From NCBI GenBank assembly GCA_965644315.1, contig CBFFRQ010000036.1, positions 43,094 through 107,093 on the forward strand: a DNA stretch of 64,000 bases, written 5' to 3'. A program made the position numbers and the translations under genes. The stretch's first letter is position 1. Each line of letters begins with the position of its first letter. The notes under the pieces are model-generated. The model saw only the letters and a list, made by a program, of their open reading frames with translations. It did no database searches and was not told the DNA's origin. Source of the DNA: Caecitellus pseudoparvulus (Eukaryota; Protista; Bigyra: Bicosoecida). This document shows positions 23,201-31,350 of the stretch, piece after piece.

Positions 23201-23569
23201 GGCGAAGAACACTTTGAGCCATTTTCCTTCGAAGAGAGTCGCCTGGCCCTGGCGGCACAGGAGGCGGCGGAGTTGGCCGAGCGGGCAGCGCGAAGGCGCG
23301 CAGCTGCGCAGCAGAACGCCGCAGCGGCAGAGCAGTCGTCTGCAGAAGACAGCGATGCGGAGGATGACGGCAGGCTGATTGGCGAGGATGATAGGGGTGG
23401 GGTGGAGGAGGATGAAGATGAAGCCGAGGGTGTGTCGGAAGGCGAGAGCGGTGGAGGTGGCTTCAGTTTTGATGGCGAGCGTGGTCGCGCCGCGTACGAC
23501 GCAGCGCCATCCAGCCCCTCTGGGCAGCTACTAGGTCGGGAGGGTGCGCGTAAGACGTTTGATTTCTGA
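14300..23569 (+). CDS. Giant (~3090 aa) RNI-like leucine-rich-repeat protein: LRRC74-like LRR block, five copies of an unnamed repeat, C-terminal DUF4476-like motif; 5' end uncertain (upstream exons likely)
   Basis: LRR block ~18030-19170 (YILAC..HDVPLPSVLRAL..ANMSHFALGEAGA, LDLRQNNLG, ITLSDNKIT, LDLSFNPLG, LNVSWSNLG, LVLDNNPLG). DVDKLALLR...FTCADVVRIMSLFNFSHERR near the C-terminus. Acceptor-like tcgcgcag ends at 14288 in the same frame. Confidence 0.78.
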   Translation: MRQSLRRSKRLTAHTAAPPLRSLAVPATTEEQHGLASLMPLSQQPARCILGLDMYEAQALRARIGRDLPLALQGFFTEEGWEGALLHPDVIELEPADGSARRAMRRRVPAKRTPLSVRVLVHLYMAAAATVTDVWRLLRLYSQQEAAADRSTTIMDRDGSVDCSLAAAIGADPGASAEEGGAGSAPVAVGISESMVHRVGLARLLQERGGMPSRRAAHVALSIDQLVHSPWGPAAQRRPDAAVIAAGGCTASAAVSGALSSAAFSQAAMTAGALHRAAHAKARQAAAGLTLAPPSEAGSGGSEAGSDSVTGSEATPREAGRWKVGPSVEAASGFPSASTVDAGEDPWAARMLQGAEDAPATRVRYVEGGRAVRTPHTPHTPHTPGRGAGGEQGRRSSPLRTLRGAALATMALASTAPGQGAEADGGASRRRHAALSPGLSKSHSAVQAGDLTQLLYGGAGSASLHGTVDAWAGSKHVSVQARGFVDTPVGQNPEAPLAQQQGQFVVRLPGGSIPRSGTMASPLLATRAGGSSSAPPPPHRQARAASARHTEWAASASGRAALAGAERAAASGATDAAAAKAATLSSLLAADAATDDTGAAVGSGITHGVPFHFALSSAESVIPGQHAYPDGPLGLTSDPSAKVAPATKPLPPLSRPPTAPAAAPVKRVIQRPGRSEDEIKAAKRAARKAKRAARKAAADAKAAATLQPYAETLPTARSSVGSSMLQAADAEAKTGAGAHVPPLELALVAQEAVGGGHPLRVAELESGRVSHISPRAFLHPLSRLVKPSNIGERLAAKAYAEHTQVRAQAEAERRTASAREARQPNAPWAASLPGDATRPPQRSAESARPRTSDPGSVSHPLLLALMQRAAARSQGPGADPGASGIGTDKALPGAASQATLQTWSSMSLDSGTVASRLQQLASQGTLVRSAETQPEPSGHAGGVSPPTSPVQTSRNMFSHQGSSLDKVLGGWSAEALEEAVRGAAAANADTSAAAAVAQAELAGVLPEGAFISGRGGVSLRPQDVPHALASVRIRGHGVPDAVAMTVAAGNALRGASEDPPPDSSTLMAAVAGTAPGATLVQGKPSAAQALVSAVLATPAAVHAGRAWGGAGNPDTSRLNHDAMSLQVQRRAMRDRESDVASRRREVLTAAADAVAGGAHADRLRQAAREASTLGTAHGVDSGRTLQKQLLLRRGTTLYAEAARLARASLEGTGGTARTGYHPASLPTLTSSIYEAQHMLERQSREQYILACTNAHDVPLPSVLRALAKPAANMSHFALGEAGAAAVAAALANNSTMFSLDLRQNNLGVGGGLHLARALQSNRTLRMIEASGNGLADAAAAVLMAVAAHPTLTSITLSDNKITNAAAQAVYAALTGTLFELAPAPPLAKPRKPKKPGPATWQRKPRPPPLPRVTYVLQAFSVVGLRELDLSFNPLGPRVAEALAAALGGKEAWYTTLIPQSLPASAIAEQATPSRAVSTLAPAQAPPKPILLLAKGVNPPRAFASQLQRLNVSWSNLGTHGSRKLLLALKGNTCLTDLNIGWTRLGPDGGCAVAEMLACNSHLKVFAAPRCRLTPAAGMLIADALRLNGTLTTLVLDNNPLGAIAAGAVLSAARGGRHISQLGLRGTLREDTGATSGTALHSLQGPMRHEEAVMASGGSTAILKDALADAQARQAERGSHKLSEGRRSFSGGHLAVGRRRSLSEVSSASGISTEGVVEDFDTMMGSMSPAALHQAFDRYLQRHPHVQAEYRRVEAAARHRREARETGTVTADTLEDEGSSSNAVDLEEEFSELFKHTQVGIVEEDEGESGKRSPRRSRKRKGRRKRTTATLPAASAMPTKPPVLDASSRQSPVEDDGDSDSDGSLDGVTGTGFVDGALGRGVDADDRAHHTAHHIAVEVGDPWAGGRDFDSVIPDAKYTLFLSHPRDHAIAQLLLARVRRGDAQWKAAVHLEYEPNAGVQAKVMGLASAATPRQRTSADLQQQRADEQARRGARRWRLPLAELRTPSFTLPDFGTLLFRHESVGKLESKEESSPRELAPADTKPAATGRRPSLAGASDAEDVAAKAAAARRNSQSMVLKSFFSEVLVSLDMADPAQRATARHLLWRAAAREATGESVDAMALNGSPLQLQVDPAALSRTPLFTAKNAIPGKRPGPPQPRLFVGDDAVPAHSKIAAASTAVRLPPETRGGRAVFVPSTIHHPDQWVHGVPRGTLTLTFTSAHLSCLAHYSLKLSVAAQRRLGQALLAAAHKPASAFGGGDVMHNHKWKGRPLQLSDWRVRRRVVRDDSKAQGSAVLGADWALPKKGTFSFDYLTRSTVLQGGESLQFDLALPAQRRAAAWALHVARALPAFHAWFAVLDGMSVGITDLQLGELALYSSSLSPRQAASPVVRTRHRRQSTGGSTTLKQRKAAMRGPLSLTIDDSNVEDDPARPPGAFTSAALSGVPTGAAGAGEGRSGVPQPPPGHTEVLIPPTKTLNNVMPTQVLQRDGTVAAADGAGDALPALPRSGKLHLMTALTSPLHPPDVDTALDQGRSAPVPKMTVETFDLGILQHRRHLTVLRLRTVLSALGVGTTTEEVVARCASGRAAALKAGTGELPGDASTPAGRLGGPELAVVDTVPQAAWLVDDARYATEGLVSMTLAEEVVKGSTSVKVFKAPPAAPRHVTFFGPLMDPSLSPVAADGEGQKPEPEEGTRLSQVSISCLFDPTWAPPTSGKLTIRYAWTLQRPPMLPAPVSALCASLAQQATDVDKLALLRTVCALPADIESVISQSDAAASKAAKVRQATTVRVGGQGTTAHTPLQPHPPQEAMQGLTSEGGRAGKITRRVTSALSGWVRTKISADAGAARPNKGPKGKNKREAVAHGTAALDAAAARDEASALSMTAVAASAGLPGVASPRAGGSTARKAPVRLGNPRKVGGRFAFTCADVVRIMSLFNFSHERRRAAAILRCLVVDYHALLRVYVAMVESAQGEEHFEPFSFEESRLALAAQEAAELAERAARRRAAAQQNAAAAEQSSAEDSDAEDDGRLIGEDDRGGVEEDEDEAEGVSEGESGGGGFSFDGERGRAAYDAAPSSPSGQLLGREGARKTFDF
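15418..15450 (+). repeat. 9-bp coding tandem repeat (CACGCCCCA)x3.7 encoding (TPH)n
   Basis: Direct reading: cacgccccacacgccccacacgccccacacgcc. Confidence 0.8.
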
Positions 23570-23759
23570 GGCGACGGTGTGCAAGGCCCTTCAGGGTGCG
23601 AGGGAGCATGGATGTAAAGGCTGCCGGAGGAGGTTTTGCTGGTGGGTTGCAGCGCGGCCAGTGGCGCTCGAGAGGCAAATCCCACAGCCTTGAGAATTCA
23701 CTCACTGCTTCCAACAAAGCAGGGTCTCGCTAAGCGTGCCTGTTCTCCACTCCTTCACC

Positions 23760-25884
23760 ATGGCAGGGGCGCAGCCTACCTGGAAAGTGACGCGGGATGA
23801 GCTCGGACGGCATGCTGGACACGTGCAGAGCGTGCAGGAGGTGTCTGCGGCTCTGCGTGAGCGACCAGCAGACCTGAAGGTGTCTGTATCAAAGGCTTCG
23901 AGAGGGAAGTCTCACACCCCCCACGACAAGGCGTACAAGCGCAACGCGCACCTGGTGCATGTGGACAAGCTGCAGCACATCTTGAGGTGCGCAGCGCCAG
24001 AGCTCGTCTGCTTCGCTCGCACTGCACATTGCGGGGGCGTCGTGCGACATGCAGGGTCGACACCCAGGCGAGGATTGCATATGTAGAAGCTGCGGTGACT
24101 GTGGAGCAGCTGGTGGAGGCCTTGCTGCCACTGGGCCTGCTGCCTCAGGTAAGGCGTCGTGTCCAAGGTGCGAATTCCGCAGGCGGCCTGCACCCAAGCC
24201 GTCCTCCACGCCTTCTCGCCAGGTGGCGCCGGAAATCCGGGACTTTACCGTGGCAGGTCTGATTAATGGTCTTGGTATCGAGTCTTCGTCCCACCGCTAC
24301 GGGTCATTTGTGGACACTATTGCTGCGTGCGTGATGCTTGGCAGAGGCGATCACGTCACTCTTGCGTCACGCTGCCCGGTCATGGCCACCCTTCGCAGGT
24401 ACGAGGTTGTGCTGGGGAGTGGCGAGGTCATCATTGCGGCACAAGACAGCCCTGAGCACGCCGAGTTGTTCGACGTGTTGCCGGGATCTTACGGCACCAT
24501 CGGCATCGTGACTGCAGCCGCCATCAAGCTGGCCCCGGCAGGGCGCTTCGTGCGCACTGAGTACTACCTGTTGCCCAGCACCGAGACGTACTGCGCCGCG
24601 ATGAGCCGTGCCATCCAGCACGGCGAGGACCAGCCCGACTTCGTGGAGGGCTTTCAGTTCTCCCCCACCTGTGGCGTGCTCATGCTCAGCAGCTTCACCA
24701 ACACGCTGCCACCGCCAGCCTCAGCTCGACAGGCTGAGGCCAAGTGCACCTTCACCGCTGACACCGTCACCAGCAGCACTGCGCAGAAAGTGGCCCCCCT
24801 GCAAGACCTTTACGGGGACGCCGCCCTGCCTCTGGGCTCCCCGCTGGGGGAGGAGCTGCCAGACAAGGCAAAGTGCCAGGAGCAGTGCGCGTGCTTCTGG
24901 GACCCGACGGTGCTGGGGCGGCCGTACATCCACCAGCATGCACTGGAGCTGGCGCAGGCGGGGGCAGAGGGCAGACAGGAGCCGCCACAGTCGGCCCTGT
25001 TCTTGCACCGCCTTCCCTCCGGCACACCCCGCCCAGGAGTGGACTACATGACCACCACGGACTACCTGTTCCGACACGAGCGTGGCTGGCTGTGGACCTT
25101 GGAGGCCATGGTGGGCGTGCCTGCGCTCACTGGCTGCACCCTCGGGCGCAAGCTGGCGGACGGTGTCGCAAAGGCGGCGTACGCGAAGCTGGACAACGTC
25201 ATGGGTTTCGCGGGGGGCAGCACCAACCCCAGCTGGACAGTGGAGGACATGGAGCGCGTGTTCGTGCAGCAGGACACCATTTGGAACATGCACAACCTGG
25301 CCCACGGCGTGGAGTGGGTGACACAGCACTTGGACTTGTGGCCCCTGTGGCACTGCCCGTGCTACGTGCACCCCACGGACCCCACGCGCAAGACGGTGTT
25401 CACAGGCGCACACAAGTACCCGCAAGGCGGCTTCGTCGTGGACATGGGGCTGTATGGGGAGCCCATGGCAGCGTCCTTCGCCTCCCGTGACACTCTGCGA
25501 CGGCTGCAGCTGGAGGTGGACTTCCCCACCATGTTCGGGCAAGTGTACCTGTCCCCTGCGGAAATGCGCCAGCGTTTCGCACTGGACACGTACGACGAGG
25601 TGCGAGAGCGGTACGGTGCCGTGGAGCCCTTCAAAACCCTGCAGGAGAAGGTGCTGTTCTACGACGAGGCCAAGCCCGCGCAGGGCAAGATTTGGGCCTG
25701 GCGCTTGAAGAGGGAAGGGCTGCTGGCGCCTGCGCTCGGCGTGGCAGCAGTGGCTGGCCTGACAGCCCTGGCAGCAGGTGCGTGGGCCGCAGTCAAGCGC
25801 GCAGACGAGCGTGGCAGCGCCCTGGGCAGCGTGGGGCGTGCGCTGTTGCAGCTGACGGGGAAAGGGGCAGACGCAGCGCAGTGA
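23760..25884 (+). CDS. DHCR24: Delta(24)-sterol reductase-like FAD-linked oxidoreductase (DHCR24/DWF1 family), ~636 aa; model join(23760..23986,24055..24148,24223..24326,24399..25884)
   Basis: Spliced product reads LQHILR|VDTQARIAYVEAAVTVEQL..LLPQ|VAPEIRDFTVAGLINGLGIESSSHRYGSF..A|YEVVLGSG, then PGSYGTIG, DYLFRHERG, WPLWHCP, VDMGLYGEP, YDEVRERYGA, matching DHCR24/DWF1 motifs. Total length is a multiple of 3. Confidence 0.85.
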
Positions 25885-25977
25885 GGGCAGCCAAATGCAA
25901 GCCTTCCAGCGTGCCCCGCTGCGGCGGCGCCAGAGCAGGCAACCTTCCAATGCATTGCACAGCGCGTGCGAGTAGGC

Positions 25978-28311
25978 TTACTCGGCAGCGCCGCCAGAGA
26001 CGCCGAACTCGATGCCCTGGGCCAGGGGCAGGTCTGTGGAGTAGTTGATGGTGCAGGTGGAGCGGCGCATGTACTGCTTCCAGGAGTCGGAGCCGGACTC
26101 GCGGCCGCCACCGGTCTCCTTCTCACCGCCGAACGCGCCGCCGATCTCAGCGCCAGAGGTGCCGACGTTGACGTTCACCAGGCCGCAGTCTGAGCCGGCG
26201 GGGCCAACCCACTTGAACACGTTCTTCATGTCGGTGGTGAAGATGGAGGAGGACAGGCCCTGGGGCACGGCGTTGTTCGCGGCGATGGCCTCGTCCAGGG
26301 TGTCGAACTTCAGCACGTACATGATGGGGACGAACAGCTCCGTCTGCACGATGGGCGCGTCGGCGGAGATCTCCACGATGGTGGGCTTGACGTAGAAGCC
26401 GGGCTTCTCGACGTAGGGCTCGCCACCGATGAGGATCTTGCCGCCCTGCTTCTTGATCTCTGCGATGCCGTCGACGTACTCCTTCACGGCTGCGGCGTTG
26501 TGCACGGGGCCCAGCAGGGTGCCGTCCTCCAGGGGGCTCCCAGGCTCGATGCTGCCGTACGCCGTCACCAGCTTGGACACGAAGTCGTCGTACTGGGAGG
26601 AGTGGATGTACAGGCGGCGCAGGGACGTGCAGCGCTGGCCGGCGGTGCCCACGGCGCCGAACAGGGACGCGCGCAGGGCCATGTCCATGTCAGCGTCGGG
26701 CATGACGATGGTGGCGTTGTTGCCGCCCAGCTCCAGGATGGTGCGGCCGAAGCGGGAGTGCACGATGGTGGACACGCGCTTGCCGACGGCGGTGGAGCCG
26801 GTGAAGGACACCAGGCCCAGGCGGGAGTCGTTGATGAGCTTCTCGCCGATGGTGCGGCCGGAGCCCAGGACCATGGAGGAGATGGCGCCAGAGAGGCCGT
26901 TGGCCTCCAGGACAGACGCCACGATCTTGGTGCAGGCGATGGTGACGAGGGAGGTGGAGGAGGCGCCCTTCCACACGTTCACGTTGCCGGCGATGAGGGA
27001 GATGGCCAGGTTCCACCCGAACACGGCGCAGGGGAAGTTGAAGGCGGAGATGATGCCCACCATGCCCAGGGGGTTCCACGTCTCCAGCAGCACGTGCCCG
27101 GGGCGCTCCGAGGGGATGACCTGCCCGGAGATGGTTCGGGAGAGGCCCGTGGCCAGGTCGCAGATGTCGATGAACTCCTGCACCTCGCCGATGCCCTCGC
27201 CCTTGATCTTGCCCATCTCCAGGGAGATGAGGGCGCCCAGGGGCTCCAGCTTCTCACGCAGGGCGACGCCGATCTGGCGCACGATCTCGCCGCGCTTGGG
27301 CGCGGGCAGGCACGCCCACTCCTTCTTGGCGGCCTCCATGGCCACGAGGGTCTCCTCGTACTCCTCCTCCGTGGCGAAGCGGATCTTGGCGATGGGCTTG
27401 CCATTGTAGGGGGCGTAGCTGGTGTACACCTCGCCCTTGCCGCCCCACTTGCCGTTGTACACGCCGGGGTTCTCCTCCTCCAGGCCCAACTCCTTAAGGA
27501 ACTGTGTGGGGGGCGGCATTCCGCGGGTGCAACAGTGCAGCGCCGTGGCAGGTTGACGCGTGTCAGCGGCGTTTCAGGCAGCTGACCCCGCCAAAGCTTC
27601 GGCCACATGTGCAGCTGGCACGGCAAGACCGCTGGCTTCAGCAAGCTCAGCCGAGCACCAAGCGTGGCGTTTCACGTGTTGTTGTTGTACGTACAGGGTA
27701 GTCGGCGAAAGTGAGAGGCTCAGCGGCGGCCATGGTGTCTGATGAGCAGTTCCGAACAGATGGTGCTCCCTGAGGTCAGAGCGCGGTAAGGCAGCGTGTT
27801 GAGACGGTCTCGGGCGATGTGCAGAGCGGCCGGGGGAATATTTGCAGTTGAAAAGTGGTGCACTGTGAAGAGTGCGTGTTTGGGCAAGCACGGCAAGCTC
27901 GGCGCACGGGGGGTGCACCCCCCCCCACTCGTGCAATTGCTGCCACCCGGTGCGCCCGCAAGTGCACTGCTGCTCACACGCCACGGAAGCATGTGCCTGT
28001 GTGGCCGACGCTGAGCGCCACAGGCCACAGCAACACCAGCACCACTTCATGACTCCAAGAGTACACCGCTGCTTGCTTGACAGCGGCGCTAGCCACTCAC
28101 CCACTTGTGCTGCACTGCGGGGGTGAGGGGGGACCATGTGGTTGGTCGGCCTGCGACGTGAACTCAACTCACAGCCGGCGCTGTGCGTACCTGCTGCTGG
28201 CATGGAGCGTGGGTGCCAGACACTGGCCGCGGCACGGCAAGTAAAACGCCCTCCTTGACGAGCTGCACTGGCCAAGGTCCGCCTCGCAGTGCTCGTGACA
28301 GCAGCAAGCAT
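25978..28311 (-). CDS. ALDH7A1: Aldehyde dehydrogenase family 7 (antiquitin, alpha-aminoadipic semialdehyde dehydrogenase); long model complement(join(25978..27501,27695..27769,28101..28114,28191..28311)), 577 aa; short isoform from ATG 27733, 520 aa
   Basis: Motifs [67 protein letters not shown] (catalytic Cys), [38 protein letters not shown]. Exon [13 protein letters not shown]|FLKEL is phase-consistent. Very strong GC3 codon bias. Confidence 0.95.
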
Positions 28312-28464
28312 GGCAGCAGCTTGGCGTGTTGAGGCGGGTCAATTTCCGCGCCTGCAGCAGGTGCACCTTACAACTTCAGCAGGGCAGCTCAGAGTGGGAA
28401 AAGGAAAAGCGAGCGGGATGCAAGAATGTATTAGACAGGCCACTGCGCAGACTGGCTGCACGTT

Positions 28465-31008
28465 TCAGTCCAGCAGAGGTAGCTGCAGTCGGCTCACAGG
28501 GGAGGGTGGTCGCGGCTGCCCTGCCTCGTCGCGCGACTGGGACTGGCTGGACGACTCGCCGTGCAGGGCGGGCAGGAACCCCACGGGGGCCTCCTTGTCC
28601 ATGAAGGCGGGGGACGACGCCAGCGGGAAGGTGGGCGAAGGAGCCCCGCCGCGCGGCCCCGCACTGGTCTGGCTCAGCGACGTCCAGGCACGGGGTCCGC
28701 CTGGTGCACCTCCACCACTACCACCGCTGTCGCCGCCAGGCGGGGTGCCGCCGGGGACAGCCAGAGCTCCACCAGCCACACTCCACGCGGGGGGGATGAG
28801 GGTGCCCCCTTGGCGCAGCACCTCGCCTGGTGCTGCAGTGGTGGGTTCTGGCGAGGGGGACACCGCAGGGCGCAGATGCCGCTGGCCAAACGCAGGCGCC
28901 TTCTCCCCCACCGCACGCCGCACCTGCACGCCGAGGGAGGCCAGGGTGGCTTCCATCTGCTGTGCATGGGCGGCATCTGCCGCTGCACCGTCCTGCTCCT
29001 CCTCTTCCGCCAACACACGCGGGTCCAGGAGGGGCGGGGGACGGGGTGCCGGCGTCGACTGTGCCACAGCACCCACCTCCTCGCCACTGGGGGCCGTCGT
29101 GCCCAGCTCATGCCACCGGGAGATGTATGCGTCATAGGCGTCCAGTTGAATGGTGCCGGCCCACGCCAAGATGTCCTCGGCTGACTCCTGCTGCTCCCCC
29201 CCTCCTCCACCCTCACCCACCAGCTCTCCCCCGCCAGACTCAGCCCCCTGGCCCATGTACAGCGCCTTCATGCGCCGCACCCAACGCCGCTTCGCAGCCA
29301 CATGAGCCACGACGCGGTTCTTGCTGCGCTGTGCGCGGTCATGGTGCCAGGGCACATCCTGGCGGCCTGGGGCGGAGGAGGTGGCCCCAGCACGGGGAGA
29401 GGGTCCAGACTGTACCCTGGCGGCCGAGGAGACGACAGACGGCACAGGGAGGGGGGGGATGAAGGCCTCTGCGTCGGGACTGCCCAGGACACGGCCGAGG
29501 GAGACGACTCGCCACGTATTACGCGTGTCACGGCGGTACCAGCCATGGGTATCAGACAGCGACCCCTTGTCCACCCGGGTGAAGTCAAGTGGCTGTGAGA
29601 GAGCTGCGACCACCTCACCGCCCAGCTGCTGCTGAAATGCAAGCGGGTCCTGATTCCGCAGCTGCTTGAGGGCCGCAGCCTGGGCTGGCAGAGCCTTGTG
29701 GCGGGCCTCTGTCGCAGCATAGTCCCGTGGAGCAAAAGCGCCCACGTCACACACAGCAGCTGCTGTGGAAATGCGGTAGACGAGGAGGGGTGGCCACTGC
29801 CCCTCGCCCCCCCCTGCCAAGCGCAGGCGCACCACCAGGCGCGAGGCGCCATCGGCCAGCGCCGCCTCAGGCGAGCCGATGCCTTTCAGCACCGCTGCCG
29901 CCGAGCCAGAGGCGTTGAAGCGACCCACCAGTGCTGCGAGGAAGGCGAAGACACGAGCGTCTCGCCAGGCCCGCCACGCCTGCTGGATGGACCAGGCGCG
30001 ATAGTCCCAAGACACCCACGCGGAGCGGAAGGGCGGCACGCCAGGGGGGAGGCTGGCAGCCTCATGCGTAGAGGGCGCCGGCGTCACGCCGTGGGCGGCA
30101 TAGTGTGCCGCGCGCTGGGCCTGCCAGGCCCGGGTCCAGTGCAAACCCCGCCGACTGCGCATCCAGGCAGCCAGGACCTGCTGCAGCTCCAGCGCCGCCA
30201 CCTGGAACACCATGCGGCGTGGACGGAGAAAGCGCAGCCAGAACCACCACCGAGACCGCCGGGCTTTGAACCAGGCAGCGATGCGGGTGGCCGCAAGCTG
30301 CTCGAGGGTGAGCAGCGGCGGCAACGAGCGCAGGAGCCACCGAGGGGCTGAGGCGATGCTGGCATCATGCTCCAAGTGCCCTGGTTCGCGAATGGCCTCC
30401 ACTTGGGCCTCGTTCATCGCGTGCACGCCTGGGTCCGGCGTCGCAGGCAGGTGCTGCGTGAATCGCCGCCTCGTGCCAGCGGCCTCACGCACCAGAGCCC
30501 GGCGCCGAGCCAGCACCCCAGCACGGTACAGCTCGTAGACAGCAGGAAAAGGAAGACTGCGCTTTTCTGAGGGCAGTTGCAAGGGCTGCGGTTGCTGTGC
30601 CTGCCCCTCGCTGTCCTGTCCGGCGCCCTGCTGGGAGTTTGAGCGCAGCAGGCGCAGCGTGCGCCACTGCGTCTGGATTTGAAAAGCCGCCACGTGCAGC
30701 GTGCCAACAGGCAGCAGCCAAGGGGACTGCATCATGCGGCGCTGGGTAGCAAGGGGCTTCGCTAGGAAGTACATCGCACAGGGGAGCGAGGGAGGTGCTG
30801 CGGCAGCCATGGCTGTCTCGCGCTGCTTGCCTGGTCGCGGTGCGACGGGTTTCCCTGGAGGCTTAGAGCGCGGTGCATGCGGGGGGACGACTGCCTTTGG
30901 AGGGTCAACCTTCGTCTCTGTGATGTTCACAAGCTGGCAGAGCTGTGTGGCGAGAGGGAGGCTGCCCTTGCCCTGCGGCAGGGGGTCGGTCACAGAAAAC
31001 GCTGCCAC
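28465..31008 (-). CDS. IQ-motif protein with C11orf65/MFI-like domain; 5' end uncertain
   Basis: IQ-like AATRIAAWFKARRSR and SIQQAWRAW. Block EAALADGASRLVVRLRLAGG..WPPLLVYRIST..VCDVGAFAPRDY, GWYRRDTRNTWRVVS, RRWVRRMKALY and ILAWAGTIQLDAYDAYISRWHELGTT follows the conserved motif order I recall for C11orf65/MFI. Confidence 0.7.
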   Translation of the reverse strand: MAAFSVTDPLPQGKGSLPLATQLCQLVNITETKVDPPKAVVPPHAPRSKPPGKPVAPRPGKQRETAMAAAAPPSLPCAMYFLAKPLATQRRMMQSPWLLPVGTLHVAAFQIQTQWRTLRLLRSNSQQGAGQDSEGQAQQPQPLQLPSEKRSLPFPAVYELYRAGVLARRRALVREAAGTRRRFTQHLPATPDPGVHAMNEAQVEAIREPGHLEHDASIASAPRWLLRSLPPLLTLEQLAATRIAAWFKARRSRWWFWLRFLRPRRMVFQVAALELQQVLAAWMRSRRGLHWTRAWQAQRAAHYAAHGVTPAPSTHEAASLPPGVPPFRSAWVSWDYRAWSIQQAWRAWRDARVFAFLAALVGRFNASGSAAAVLKGIGSPEAALADGASRLVVRLRLAGGGEGQWPPLLVYRISTAAAVCDVGAFAPRDYAATEARHKALPAQAAALKQLRNQDPLAFQQQLGGEVVAALSQPLDFTRVDKGSLSDTHGWYRRDTRNTWRVVSLGRVLGSPDAEAFIPPLPVPSVVSSAARVQSGPSPRAGATSSAPGRQDVPWHHDRAQRSKNRVVAHVAAKRRWVRRMKALYMGQGAESGGGELVGEGGGGGEQQESAEDILAWAGTIQLDAYDAYISRWHELGTTAPSGEEVGAVAQSTPAPRPPPLLDPRVLAEEEEQDGAAADAAHAQQMEATLASLGVQVRRAVGEKAPAFGQRHLRPAVSPSPEPTTAAPGEVLRQGGTLIPPAWSVAGGALAVPGGTPPGGDSGGSGGGAPGGPRAWTSLSQTSAGPRGGAPSPTFPLASSPAFMDKEAPVGFLPALHGESSSQSQSRDEAGQPRPPSPVSRLQLPLLD

Positions 31009-31350
31009 TTGACGGCTGGCCCGTCGCCCGGAGCACTTCAGCGGTCTGGAAGGCTGGCAGTCGGAGCTGGGGGGCGCCCAGCGTTAACTCCAGCCCTGAC
31101 ACTGATGTTCAACACACCGCCGTGTGAGGGTTTGGTTTGTGCGCGCCGGCGGCACATGCATGCGAGTTGCGAGGAAGGCCTGGCCTGGCTTCGACGGGGG
31201 CAGCTGGAGCTGCACAGCGGTGGCCGGCAGTTGCGCGGACGCAGCAAACTTCCCCCACCCTGCAGTGCTCACCCCTGCACCCCACGCTTCACACGGCCTC
31301 GTTTCGGCCCGTGTGAAGTGCACCTGCTCGCTGCGACACCGCAGCCAGCC

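Noticed and set aside
27502-27519. MPPPTQ as the ALDH7 start
   Set aside because: It lies in a typical acceptor (ccccccacacag); the upstream exon gives the conserved-looking LTFADYP|FLKELG.
26429-27585. Two plus-strand ORFs (326 and 361 aa) over ALDH7
   Set aside because: Result of extreme GC3 bias removing stops in other frames.
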